Below are positions 17,899 to 25,485 of a DNA stretch of 64,000 bases, one piece after another; within the stretch, counting starts at the first letter, position 1; each line of letters opens with the position of its first letter. This stretch comes from Candidatus Magasanikbacteria bacterium RIFOXYD1_FULL_40_23 (GTDB lineage Bacteria; Patescibacteriota; Patescibacteriia; Magasanikbacterales; GWA2-37-8). The notes beneath the pieces were generated by a model, which worked only from the letters and a program-made list of their open reading frames with translations, did not search any database and was not told where the DNA came from. The DNA lies in assembly GCA_001783215.1 (NCBI GenBank), contig MFRA01000005.1, positions 146,824 to 210,823 of the forward strand. Reading direction: 5' to 3'. Both the position numbers and the translations under genes were made by a program.

Positions 17899-19236
17899 TT
17901 AAATCCACTTTTTAAGTAACTCACCAAACTTATTTTGTTCAATTGCAGTTCGTGCTTGGTTCATTAGATCAAGCATAAAATATAAATTGTGAATGCTGGC
18001 CAAACGCATGCCGGAAAGTTCGCCAGCATTAAAAAGATGGTGCACGTACGCACGAGAATAATTTATGCAAGTATGGCATTTGCAATCTGGATCTATGGCG
18101 CCAGTATCTTTTGCATATTTTTTATTTGTAATATTGATTCGTAACTTTTCGTCTATATTTCTGTTTACAAATACCATGCCATGTCTGGCCAGTCTGGTAG
18201 GAGCCACACAATCAAACATATCTACGCCGTGCTCTATTGCAATAAGTAAATCTGTAGGGGACAAGCCGATACCCATAGCATAGTGCGGTTTGTTTTCTGG
18301 AATAAGAGGAAATACCCAGTCTAAAATATCGGCCGTTGCTTTCATATTATATCCCACAGATTCGCCGCCAATGGCGATACCGTCAAAATCTAAAGATGAA
18401 ATATATTTGGCAGATTCTTCGCGTAGATTTTTGTAAACAGATCCTTGGATAATACCAAAAAGAAATTGTTTATAATCACGAGTATTTTTTGTAGATAATT
18501 CTTTGTGCGCATCTAGGGATCGTTTGGCCCAGCGGTGGGTGCGTTCCATTGCTTCGCGCGCATATTTTTCTTCTACATTGTCCGGAGTGCATTCATCAAA
18601 TGCCATTATAATATCGGCGCCAATTTTGTGTTGGATCTCTACGGCTATTTCTGGAGTAAAGCGATGTGAGCTCCCATCTATATGTGAGCGAAAAGTAACA
18701 CCTTCTTCATCTATAGAAACAAGTTGGCCTTGTTCTCGTTTGTCATTCTGAGGCGTAGACGAAGAATCCCTTTTGTCCGAACGAGAGGGATCCTTCACTC
18801 CGTTCAGAGCCTGTCCTGAGTTTGTCGAAGGGATGACAGACTGCTGTCGGTCATCTTTTTGTTTGCCCAAACTAAATACTTGAAAACCACCACTATCGGT
18901 AAGGATTGGCTTGTTCCAGTTCATGAATTTGTGAAGTCCGCCAAAATCGTTTATTAAATCTTCGCCCGGGCGTAAATGCAAATGGTAAGTATTACCCAAG
19001 ATAATCTGAGCTGGTAAATTTTGCAGGTCAGTTTGGTCTAGAGTTTTGACTGTGGCTTGTGTGCCGACAGGCATAAAAATAGGTGTTTGAATATCACCAT
19101 GATCTGTATGGATTATGCCAGTTCTGGCACGGGAATTTGTGTCTTTGTGTTGTAGTTCAAAAAATGACATATTTTGGGGAAAGCTTAGCATGATTTTTGC
19201 TTTGTAGCAATGATATATAAATAAGCCCCAGGACAT
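17899..19236 (-). CDS. tgt: queuine tRNA-ribosyltransferase carrying an in-frame ~40-aa low-complexity insertion
   Basis: Tgt hallmarks are present (TPIFMPVGTQATVK, FSLG...EEGVTFRSHIDGS, DECTP). An extra hydrophilic segment, KQKDDRQQSVIPSTNSGQALNGVKDPSRSDKRDSSSTPQNDKREQ, is encoded by the R3 repeat at 18741-18840. Confidence 0.85.
   Translation of the reverse strand: MSWGLFIYHCYKAKIMLSFPQNMSFFELQHKDTNSRARTGIIHTDHGDIQTPIFMPVGTQATVKTLDQTDLQNLPAQIILGNTYHLHLRPGEDLINDFGGLHKFMNWNKPILTDSGGFQVFSLGKQKDDRQQSVIPSTNSGQALNGVKDPSRSDKRDSSSTPQNDKREQGQLVSIDEEGVTFRSHIDGSSHRFTPEIAVEIQHKIGADIIMAFDECTPDNVEEKYAREAMERTHRWAKRSLDAHKELSTKNTRDYKQFLFGIIQGSVYKNLREESAKYISSLDFDGIAIGGESVGYNMKATADILDWVFPLIPENKPHYAMGIGLSPTDLLIAIEHGVDMFDCVAPTRLARHGMVFVNRNIDEKLRINITNKKYAKDTGAIDPDCKCHTCINYSRAYVHHLFNAGELSGMRLASIHNLYFMLDLMNQARTAIEQNKFGELLKKWI
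18741..18840. repeat. R3 palindromic (MITE/RPE-like) element, copy A, inserted in-frame within tgt
   Basis: tgtcattctgaggcgtagacgaagaatcccttttgtccgaacgagagggatccttcactccgttcagagcctgtcctgagtttgtcgaagggatgacag shares the X/Y/Z modules with the copies at 21709-21738 and 22035-22168. Confidence 0.65.
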
Positions 19237-19257
19237 CTAGTCCTAGGGCGGTCATCC

Positions 19258-19878
19258 TTACTGCGCAAGCAGTGCAGCCTGTCCATCTGCAACTCGCCTG
19301 ATCTCGTCTCGCAACCACGTAGTGCGTGGTTGGTATTGTGGCGGAGTGAGCTGGACCATTCGGTCAAAAAGATGGTAGTAGTGGTCGCGAGTTTCTGCTA
19401 CCTGCTTTTTACGGAACGCTTCATCGGTCTGTGCAAGGTCTCGAAGATTGAAAAGTCTATCGCAACCTTTGATGGCAAGCATTTCCCAATCAATGGATAG
19501 CATTAGACGTTCCAAGTATCCCTCTTCCGGGATCTTGCTTAGACCCTTTACCTTGGTAACCACATTGCTTCCAAATGCATGCTCAATCATTTCAGGTGTT
19601 AGGTCTTCCGTGTCTTCCAGACTATCGTGCAGCAGAGCAGTGATAATCATCTCGGCATCAACGATTTTCACTTCGTCGATCAAGATTAGTGCCGCTCCGC
19701 GCAGGTGTTCGAAATACCGGATTGGTTTCCCTTCATCATCCACGCTCTTGCGAACTTGGGCGCGATGCCCAAACTTTGCCATCATGTAAGCGAATCGAAT
19801 GTCGCACAGTATGCTGGGAGCGAAGAACGGGTTGATACGGCTAAAGAACAGCTCTTTGTTTTCGACGGGCTTCGTCAC
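19258..19878 (-). CDS. HD-domain protein; RelA/SpoT-type (p)ppGpp hydrolase domain (small alarmone hydrolase-like)
   Basis: HRAQVRKSVDDEGKPIRYFEHLRGAALIL...ALLHDSLEDTEDLTPEMIEHAFGSNVVTKVKGLSKI matches the SpoT HD hydrolase motif pattern (HxGQxRK...LLHDxxEDT...FG..V..lV.gvtK). Confidence 0.7.
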   Translation of the reverse strand: MTKPVENKELFFSRINPFFAPSILCDIRFAYMMAKFGHRAQVRKSVDDEGKPIRYFEHLRGAALILIDEVKIVDAEMIITALLHDSLEDTEDLTPEMIEHAFGSNVVTKVKGLSKIPEEGYLERLMLSIDWEMLAIKGCDRLFNLRDLAQTDEAFRKKQVAETRDHYYHLFDRMVQLTPPQYQPRTTWLRDEIRRVADGQAALLAQ

Positions 19879-20101
19879 TAGTTTCCTCCTACTTGGATTG
19901 TGAAAGAATGGGTGATTATATGTAAATTTTTTATAACTGTCAATAGTAGTATTATAAATATGAATTTATTAAAAATAATCCCCAAGTAGGTAGTGTTTGT
20001 TGCTCTGGTGTCGATGGTAAAGATGTGGTAGTATTTACTTGGTTAAATTTTAAGTGTATTGTATGCCAGGAGAAAAACCAGGCGGTAATCCAGGAGAAAA
20101 A

Positions 20102-20626
20102 ATGAGAGATGAATTCGATTTGAATACTGAGCCTACTCCAGAAGAAGAAGCGAGACAAAAAGAATTGGCTCAAGCAAGAATGGATCGGCTGGCTCAAAGA
20201 AGTGAAGAAAGGAAATCTGTAAAAGCAAAGCCTGCAGTAGTGGGGGAAGTGGATTCTCCTTTTGAAAATCCTGTTAAAGCTCCTAAATTAGGAAAGATAA
20301 AAGACAATGTATCAAAATTAAGTTTGGGAACAAGCAGTACTAGGAGGGCACAAGAAGCCAAACAGTCTGGATTTATGAGTGGTAGATCCGAAGAAGGCCA
20401 AGAAACAGACCGTAATAGAGACATAAAAGATATATTAAAGAAATTTGTTTTTGCTGGTAGTTTTAAATTACGCACATCACAAGAAAAAGGAAAATTTGTT
20501 TTGAGAGTTCTCTCTGGAATAGAAGGGCATAAAGATACCAGGGTGATATTGAAAGTTGAAGGTACAATGGAAGATATTAAAGCCAAGTTAGAAAAACATT
20601 TGAATCATAACTTTACAAGAAAATAA
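20102..20626 (+). CDS. hypothetical Lys/Glu-rich protein
   Basis: Internal ATG with an SD (aatccaggagaaaaaATG). No motif recognised. Confidence 0.4.
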   Translation: MRDEFDLNTEPTPEEEARQKELAQARMDRLAQRSEERKSVKAKPAVVGEVDSPFENPVKAPKLGKIKDNVSKLSLGTSSTRRAQEAKQSGFMSGRSEEGQETDRNRDIKDILKKFVFAGSFKLRTSQEKGKFVLRVLSGIEGHKDTRVILKVEGTMEDIKAKLEKHLNHNFTRK

Positions 20627-20648
20627 TATATTAAAACCATAACGGTCT

Positions 20649-21707
20649 ATGCCTGGTGCAAAGTTGGTGCTAAAAGATGGTTCGGAATTTGAGGGGTTTT
20701 CTTTTGGTTCAGAGACTAGCATGGCAGGAGAAGTGGTATTTAACACAGGTATGGTCGGCTATCCCGAAACCATGACCGATCCTTCGTACAGAGGGCAAAT
20801 TTTGGTACTTACTTATCCGTTGGTAGGAAATTATGGTGTGCCGGGCGACGCAAACCCAGAAGAACTTTTTAAAAATTTTGAATCAGACAAAATCCAAATT
20901 CAAGGATTAATTGTAAGTGAGCAGTGTGAAGGATTTTCTCATTGGAGCGCCAAGCAATCTTTGTCTGATTGGATGAAAAAAAATAATATTCCAGGAATAT
21001 TTGGTGTAGACACGCGCGAGCTTACCAAAAAATTACGCTCTAGTGGTACTATGCTGGGTAAGATTGTAGTAGAAAATACTACGATAGATTTTGAAGATCC
21101 TAATTTACGTAATTTGGCAGCTGAAGTAAGTGTGAAAGAGCCTGTGCGATATGGCGCAGGAGAAAAAACAGTAATAGTGGTAGATTGTGGTGTAAAAAAT
21201 AATATCATTCGTTCGTTTGTAAATAGAGGCATTTCGGTTTTACGAGTGCCTTGGAATTATAATTTCTTAGAAGAAAAAGCTGACGGCATACTTATTTCTA
21301 ATGGTCCGGGTGATCCAAAAATGTGTACAGACACAATTGCCAATGTAAGATCTGCTTTGGCAGGCAATAGGTCAATACTTGGTATATGTTTGGGTTCGCA
21401 AATTTTGTCGCTCGCTGCCGGAGCCAACACTTATAAATTAAAATATGGGCATAGGGGCCAGAATCAGCCATGCGTAGAAATGGGAACAAAAAAATGTTTT
21501 ATCACTTCACAAAATCATGGTTTTGCAGTGGACACAAAAACCCTGCCACAAGATTGGCGCGAGTGGTTTACCAATGATAACGACGGCACAAACGAAGGTA
21601 TTATTCATATTTCTAAACCATTTTTTGGCGCACAGTTTCACCCGGAAGGCGCGCCCGGCCCAGACGACAGCGAGTTTATTTTTGATATGTTTATACGAAC
21701 ATTGTAG
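20649..21707 (+). CDS. carA: carbamoyl-phosphate synthase small (glutaminase) subunit
   Basis: The CarA N-domain (GEVVFNTGMVGYPETMTDPSYRGQILVLTYPLVGNYGVP) plus a class I GATase domain (ICLGSQ...HGF). Confidence 0.9.
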   Translation: MPGAKLVLKDGSEFEGFSFGSETSMAGEVVFNTGMVGYPETMTDPSYRGQILVLTYPLVGNYGVPGDANPEELFKNFESDKIQIQGLIVSEQCEGFSHWSAKQSLSDWMKKNNIPGIFGVDTRELTKKLRSSGTMLGKIVVENTTIDFEDPNLRNLAAEVSVKEPVRYGAGEKTVIVVDCGVKNNIIRSFVNRGISVLRVPWNYNFLEEKADGILISNGPGDPKMCTDTIANVRSALAGNRSILGICLGSQILSLAAGANTYKLKYGHRGQNQPCVEMGTKKCFITSQNHGFAVDTKTLPQDWREWFTNDNDGTNEGIIHISKPFFGAQFHPEGAPGPDDSEFIFDMFIRTL

Positions 21708-21708
21708 C

Positions 21709-21738
21709 TGTCATTCTGAGCAAAGCGAAGAATCCCTT
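21709..21738. repeat. R3 element copy B (X module only), immediately after the carA stop codon
   Basis: gtcattctgagcaaagcgaagaatccctt. Confidence 0.6.
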
Positions 21739-21773
21739 AACCTACGAATAATAAAGATTACTATGTCTACATT

Positions 21774-22034
21774 ATGGCCAGTGAAAGTGGAACATTGTAT
21801 GTCGGCGTAACAAACGATTTAACCCGCAGAATTTCAGAGCACAAACAAAATTTAATTGAAGGTTTTACTAAAAAATATAAATGTCATAAATTAGTATATT
21901 ACGAAAACTATTCAGATATAAAACAGGCTATTGCGAGAGAAAAGGAGATAAAAGGATGGTTAAGAAAAAAGAAAGAACAGTTAATTAAAAATATAAATCC
22001 TGGTTGGAAGGATTTAAGTGTAGAGTGGGTGTAA
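21774..22034 (+). CDS. GIY-YIG nuclease family protein (small UPF0213/YhbQ-like); possibly N-terminally disrupted
   Basis: GTLYVGVTNDLTRRISEHKQ...KLVYYE...AIAREKEIKGW. The in-frame upstream codons encode the conserved YYVYI strand, but there is no start codon between it and an upstream TAA. The R3 repeat abuts the gene. Confidence 0.6.
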   Translation: MASESGTLYVGVTNDLTRRISEHKQNLIEGFTKKYKCHKLVYYENYSDIKQAIAREKEIKGWLRKKKEQLIKNINPGWKDLSVEWV

Positions 22035-22168
22035 AGGGATCCTTCATTTCATTCAGAGCCTGCACTGAGCCGTAGCGAATGTGATGACAACGCCTGTCAT
22101 TCTGAGCAAAGCGAAGAATCCCTCTTGTCCGAACGAAAGGGATCCTTCACTCCGTTCAGGATGACAAA
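22035..22168. repeat. R3 element copy C (compound Y'-Z-X-Y-end modules), immediately after the GIY-YIG stop codon
   Basis: agggatccttcatttcattcagagcctgcactgagccgtagcgaatgtgatgacaacgcctgtcattctgagcaaagcgaagaatccctcttgtccgaacgaaagggatccttcactccgttcaggatgacaa. The imperfect terminal inverted repeats are TGTCATTCTGAGC and GTTCAGGATGACA. Confidence 0.65.
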
Positions 22169-22207
22169 ACGGATCGATTAGCTATAAATCCGCGTAATCC
22201 GTGTTTT

Positions 22208-25200
22208 ATGATCAGAAATATCAAACCAAAGAAAATTTTAATCCTAGGCTCCGGCGCTCTGCAGATTGGGCAGGCTGGCGAGTTTGATTATTCTGGAAGT
22301 CAGGCAATCAAAGCCTTAAAAGAAGATGGAATTTTTACAGTATTGGTCAATCCAAATATCGCTACTATCCAAACTTCAGATCATTTAGCAGATAAAGTAT
22401 ATTTTTTGCCGCTTAATATTTTTTTCGTAGAACAAGTAATTGCCAAAGAAAAACCGGATGGTATTTTGCTTGGCTTTGGTGGTCAGACTGCACTAAATGT
22501 TGGCGTGCAACTCTACGAAAAAGGTATTTTAGAAAAGTACAATGTAAAAGTTTTGGGTACACAGGTAGAAGTAATAAAAGACACAGAAGATAGGCAATTA
22601 TTTTCTAACAGAGTGGCAGAGGTTGGGTTAAAAGTCGCTAGAAGTGTAACTGCCGGCACTGTTCAAGAAGCACTGGACGCTGCAGACAAAATTGGCTATC
22701 CGGTAATGTGTCGCGTGGCTTATGCTTTGGGCGGATTAGGGTCGGGAATTGTGCAAAACAAAGCCGAGTTGGAAGAAAAAACAAACAGAGCTTTTGCTTT
22801 TACAAATCAAGTTTTAATTGAAGAATGTTTGTATGGTTGGAAAGAAGTAGAATACGAAATTGTACGCGATGTCCACGATAATTGTATTACGATTTGTTCC
22901 ATGGAAAATTTTGATCCAATGGGTATCCATACTGGAGATAGTATCGTGGTAGCACCTGTGCAAACTCTTACTGCCAAAGAAAATTTTAATTTGCGTGCTA
23001 TTGGTATAAAGCTAATTAGGCATCTAGGAATTATTGGTGAGTGCAATATTCAATATGCGCTGGATCCAAACTCTGGTGATTATCGTATTATAGAAGTAAA
23101 TGCTCGTCTTAGCCGCAGTTCGGCTCTAGCTTCCAAAGCTACCGGCTATCCGCTGGCGTTTGTGGCTACCAAATTGGCTTTGGGTTATGCGCTTAACGAA
23201 GTAGAAAATATTATAACCAAAGAAACCTCGGCCTGTTTTGAGCCAGCACTTGATTATATTACGCTTAAATTTCCTCGTTGGGATTTGCAGAAATTTGAAC
23301 ATGTAAACAAAGTGCTTGGTACAGAAATGAAATCTGTGGGGGAAGTAATGGCAATTGGCCGTAGTTTTGAAGAAGTTCTGCAAAAAGCGATTCGCATGTT
23401 GGACGTTGGTATGAATGGTTTGGTAGGTAATGACATTGATTTTGCAGAATTAGATAAAGAAATTACTCAGCCAACAGACAAAAGGATTTTTGCGATTGTC
23501 CAGGCTATAAAATCCGGATATTCTATAGAAAAAGTTCACGAACTTTCCAAAGTTGATAATTGGTTTTTGCATAAACTAAAAAATATAATTGATTTGGAAA
23601 GTAAATTAAAAAATTATAATTTAGAAACTCTGCCTATAGAAGTTTTGCGACCAGCCAAACAAGCCGGATTTTCGGACAAACAAATAGCTGGGGTAATAGG
23701 TTCTGTGGCCGAAGCGGTACGCGCCAAGCGAAAATCATTGGGAGTGTTGCCGGTTGTAAAGCAGATAGATACTCTAGCCGCCGAGTACCCCGCTAAAACA
23801 AATTATTTATATCTTACATACAATGGCCGCGAAAACGATATTGTTCGCTCTACAGAAAAACAAGTTATAGTGCTTGGCAGTGGTCCGTATCGCATTGGTT
23901 CGTCGGTAGAGTTTGATTGGTGTTGTGTAAATTCTCTCATGAGTCTGCAAAAAGCTGGTTACAAAACTATTATGATAAATTGTAATCCAGAAACTGTTAG
24001 TACTGACTACGATGTTTCCGACCAATTATATTTTGAAGAATTAAGCCTAGAAAAGATTTTGGATATTTATGAATTTCAACAGCCGTTGGGCGTGGTAGTT
24101 TCTATGGGTGGCCAAACACCAAATAATTTGGCTCTAAAGTTGCACAATGCGGGTGTAAAAATTTTGGGTACAACGCCGGAACAAATAGATAATGCCGAAA
24201 GCAGGCATAAATTTTCTCAGATTTTGGATAGTCTAGAAATAGACCAGCCGGAATGGAAAGAACTTACCGATATAGATTCGGCCAAAGAGTTTGCGCAGCG
24301 AGTGGGATATCCGGTTTTGGTGCGCCCCAGCTATGTTCTTAGTGGTGCTGCGATGAGCATATCTTATAGTGAAGATGATTTGGAATTATTTTTGAAAAAA
24401 GCAGTTGATTTAAACAAAGAATATCCGGTGGTGATAAGCAAATTTATTACCAAGGCTAGAGAGATAGAGATGGATGCGGTAGCCAACAATGGCGAGTTAT
24501 TTTGCTATGCCATTTCCGAACATTTAGAAAACGCGGGCGTGCATTCTGGAGATGCTACGCTTGTATTTCCTCCACAAAAAACATATTTGGAAACAACTCG
24601 CAGATTAAAAGTAATTGCCAAAGAAGTGGCCAAGGCTTTGCAAATTACTGGTCCGTTTAATATGCAGCTCATTGCCAAAGATAATGATATTAAAGTAATT
24701 GAATGCAATTTGCGCGCATCTCGCAGTTTTCCATTTGTATCCAAAGTTTTAAAAATAAATTTTATAGATATTGCTACCAGATTAATGATGGGGGAGTCTG
24801 TACCGAAATTAAGTCGATCGTCTTTCGATTTGGATTATGTGGGTGTAAAAGCGTCGCAATTTTCTTTTACCAGATTAAAGGGTTCTGATCCAGTGACGCG
24901 CGTAGAGATGAGTTCTACTGGAGAGGTGGCGTGTCTAGGAGATAATTTGAATGAAGCGTTTTTGAAAAGCGTAATTTCTACTGGTTTTAATGTGGAGCCA
25001 AAATCAGTTTTGTTATCTATTGGTTCGCTGGATAAAAAAACCGCCTTTTTGGAAGAAGCTAAAATTTTGCAGACTATGGGAGTAAAAATTTATGCTACCA
25101 CCGGCACAGGCGCATTTTTGAAAGAAAATAATATTGAAGCAGAAGTTTTGGAATGGAATTTGGAAAATGGCCAACCAAATGTGATGTCGCACTTGTCCGA

Positions 25201-25402
25201 TAAAAAAATTGATTTGGTGATTGGTATTCCTAGTAACACCGAGAAGGCCGGGTTAAGTAATGGCTATTTGGCTAGAAGAAAAGCCATAGATCAGAACATT
25301 TCTCTTATTACTAATTTGGAATTTGCCAGACGTTATGTAAAAGCTATTAGTAAATTTAAAATGAGTGATCTGAAAATAAAAAGCTGGGATGAGTATTTAT
25401 AA
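22208..25402 (+). CDS. carB: carbamoyl-phosphate synthase large subunit
   Basis: 1064 aa. Two ATP-grasp halves (KILILGSGALQIGQAGEFDYSGSQA... and VIVLGSGPYRIGSSVEFDWC...) plus an MGS-like C-terminus. Confidence 0.92.
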   Translation: MIRNIKPKKILILGSGALQIGQAGEFDYSGSQAIKALKEDGIFTVLVNPNIATIQTSDHLADKVYFLPLNIFFVEQVIAKEKPDGILLGFGGQTALNVGVQLYEKGILEKYNVKVLGTQVEVIKDTEDRQLFSNRVAEVGLKVARSVTAGTVQEALDAADKIGYPVMCRVAYALGGLGSGIVQNKAELEEKTNRAFAFTNQVLIEECLYGWKEVEYEIVRDVHDNCITICSMENFDPMGIHTGDSIVVAPVQTLTAKENFNLRAIGIKLIRHLGIIGECNIQYALDPNSGDYRIIEVNARLSRSSALASKATGYPLAFVATKLALGYALNEVENIITKETSACFEPALDYITLKFPRWDLQKFEHVNKVLGTEMKSVGEVMAIGRSFEEVLQKAIRMLDVGMNGLVGNDIDFAELDKEITQPTDKRIFAIVQAIKSGYSIEKVHELSKVDNWFLHKLKNIIDLESKLKNYNLETLPIEVLRPAKQAGFSDKQIAGVIGSVAEAVRAKRKSLGVLPVVKQIDTLAAEYPAKTNYLYLTYNGRENDIVRSTEKQVIVLGSGPYRIGSSVEFDWCCVNSLMSLQKAGYKTIMINCNPETVSTDYDVSDQLYFEELSLEKILDIYEFQQPLGVVVSMGGQTPNNLALKLHNAGVKILGTTPEQIDNAESRHKFSQILDSLEIDQPEWKELTDIDSAKEFAQRVGYPVLVRPSYVLSGAAMSISYSEDDLELFLKKAVDLNKEYPVVISKFITKAREIEMDAVANNGELFCYAISEHLENAGVHSGDATLVFPPQKTYLETTRRLKVIAKEVAKALQITGPFNMQLIAKDNDIKVIECNLRASRSFPFVSKVLKINFIDIATRLMMGESVPKLSRSSFDLDYVGVKASQFSFTRLKGSDPVTRVEMSSTGEVACLGDNLNEAFLKSVISTGFNVEPKSVLLSIGSLDKKTAFLEEAKILQTMGVKIYATTGTGAFLKENNIEAEVLEWNLENGQPNVMSHLSDKKIDLVIGIPSNTEKAGLSNGYLARRKAIDQNISLITNLEFARRYVKAISKFKMSDLKIKSWDEYL

Positions 25403-25408
25403 AATTAT

Positions 25409-25485
25409 AGGGGCTAAAGCCCATATAATCTCATTCGTTCGAAAATATTTAAGCAAGCTAAATATCTTACTCACTCATTTCGATT
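25409..25485 (+). promoter_or_regulatory. R2 leader element (hairpin, TATAAT, CTCATTCG(C/T)TCG(G/A)AAA, AT-rich hairpin, CTCACTCATTTCGA) abutting the uvrD start codon
   Basis: aggggctaaagcccatataatctcattcgttcgaaaatatttaagcaagctaaatatcttactcactcatttcgattATG. Confidence 0.5.

Noticed and set aside
21517-21810. 97-aa ORF spanning the carA 3' end, the R3 repeat and the GIY-YIG 5' end
   Set aside because: It is out of frame with carA, runs through the repeat element, and has no motif. Spurious.
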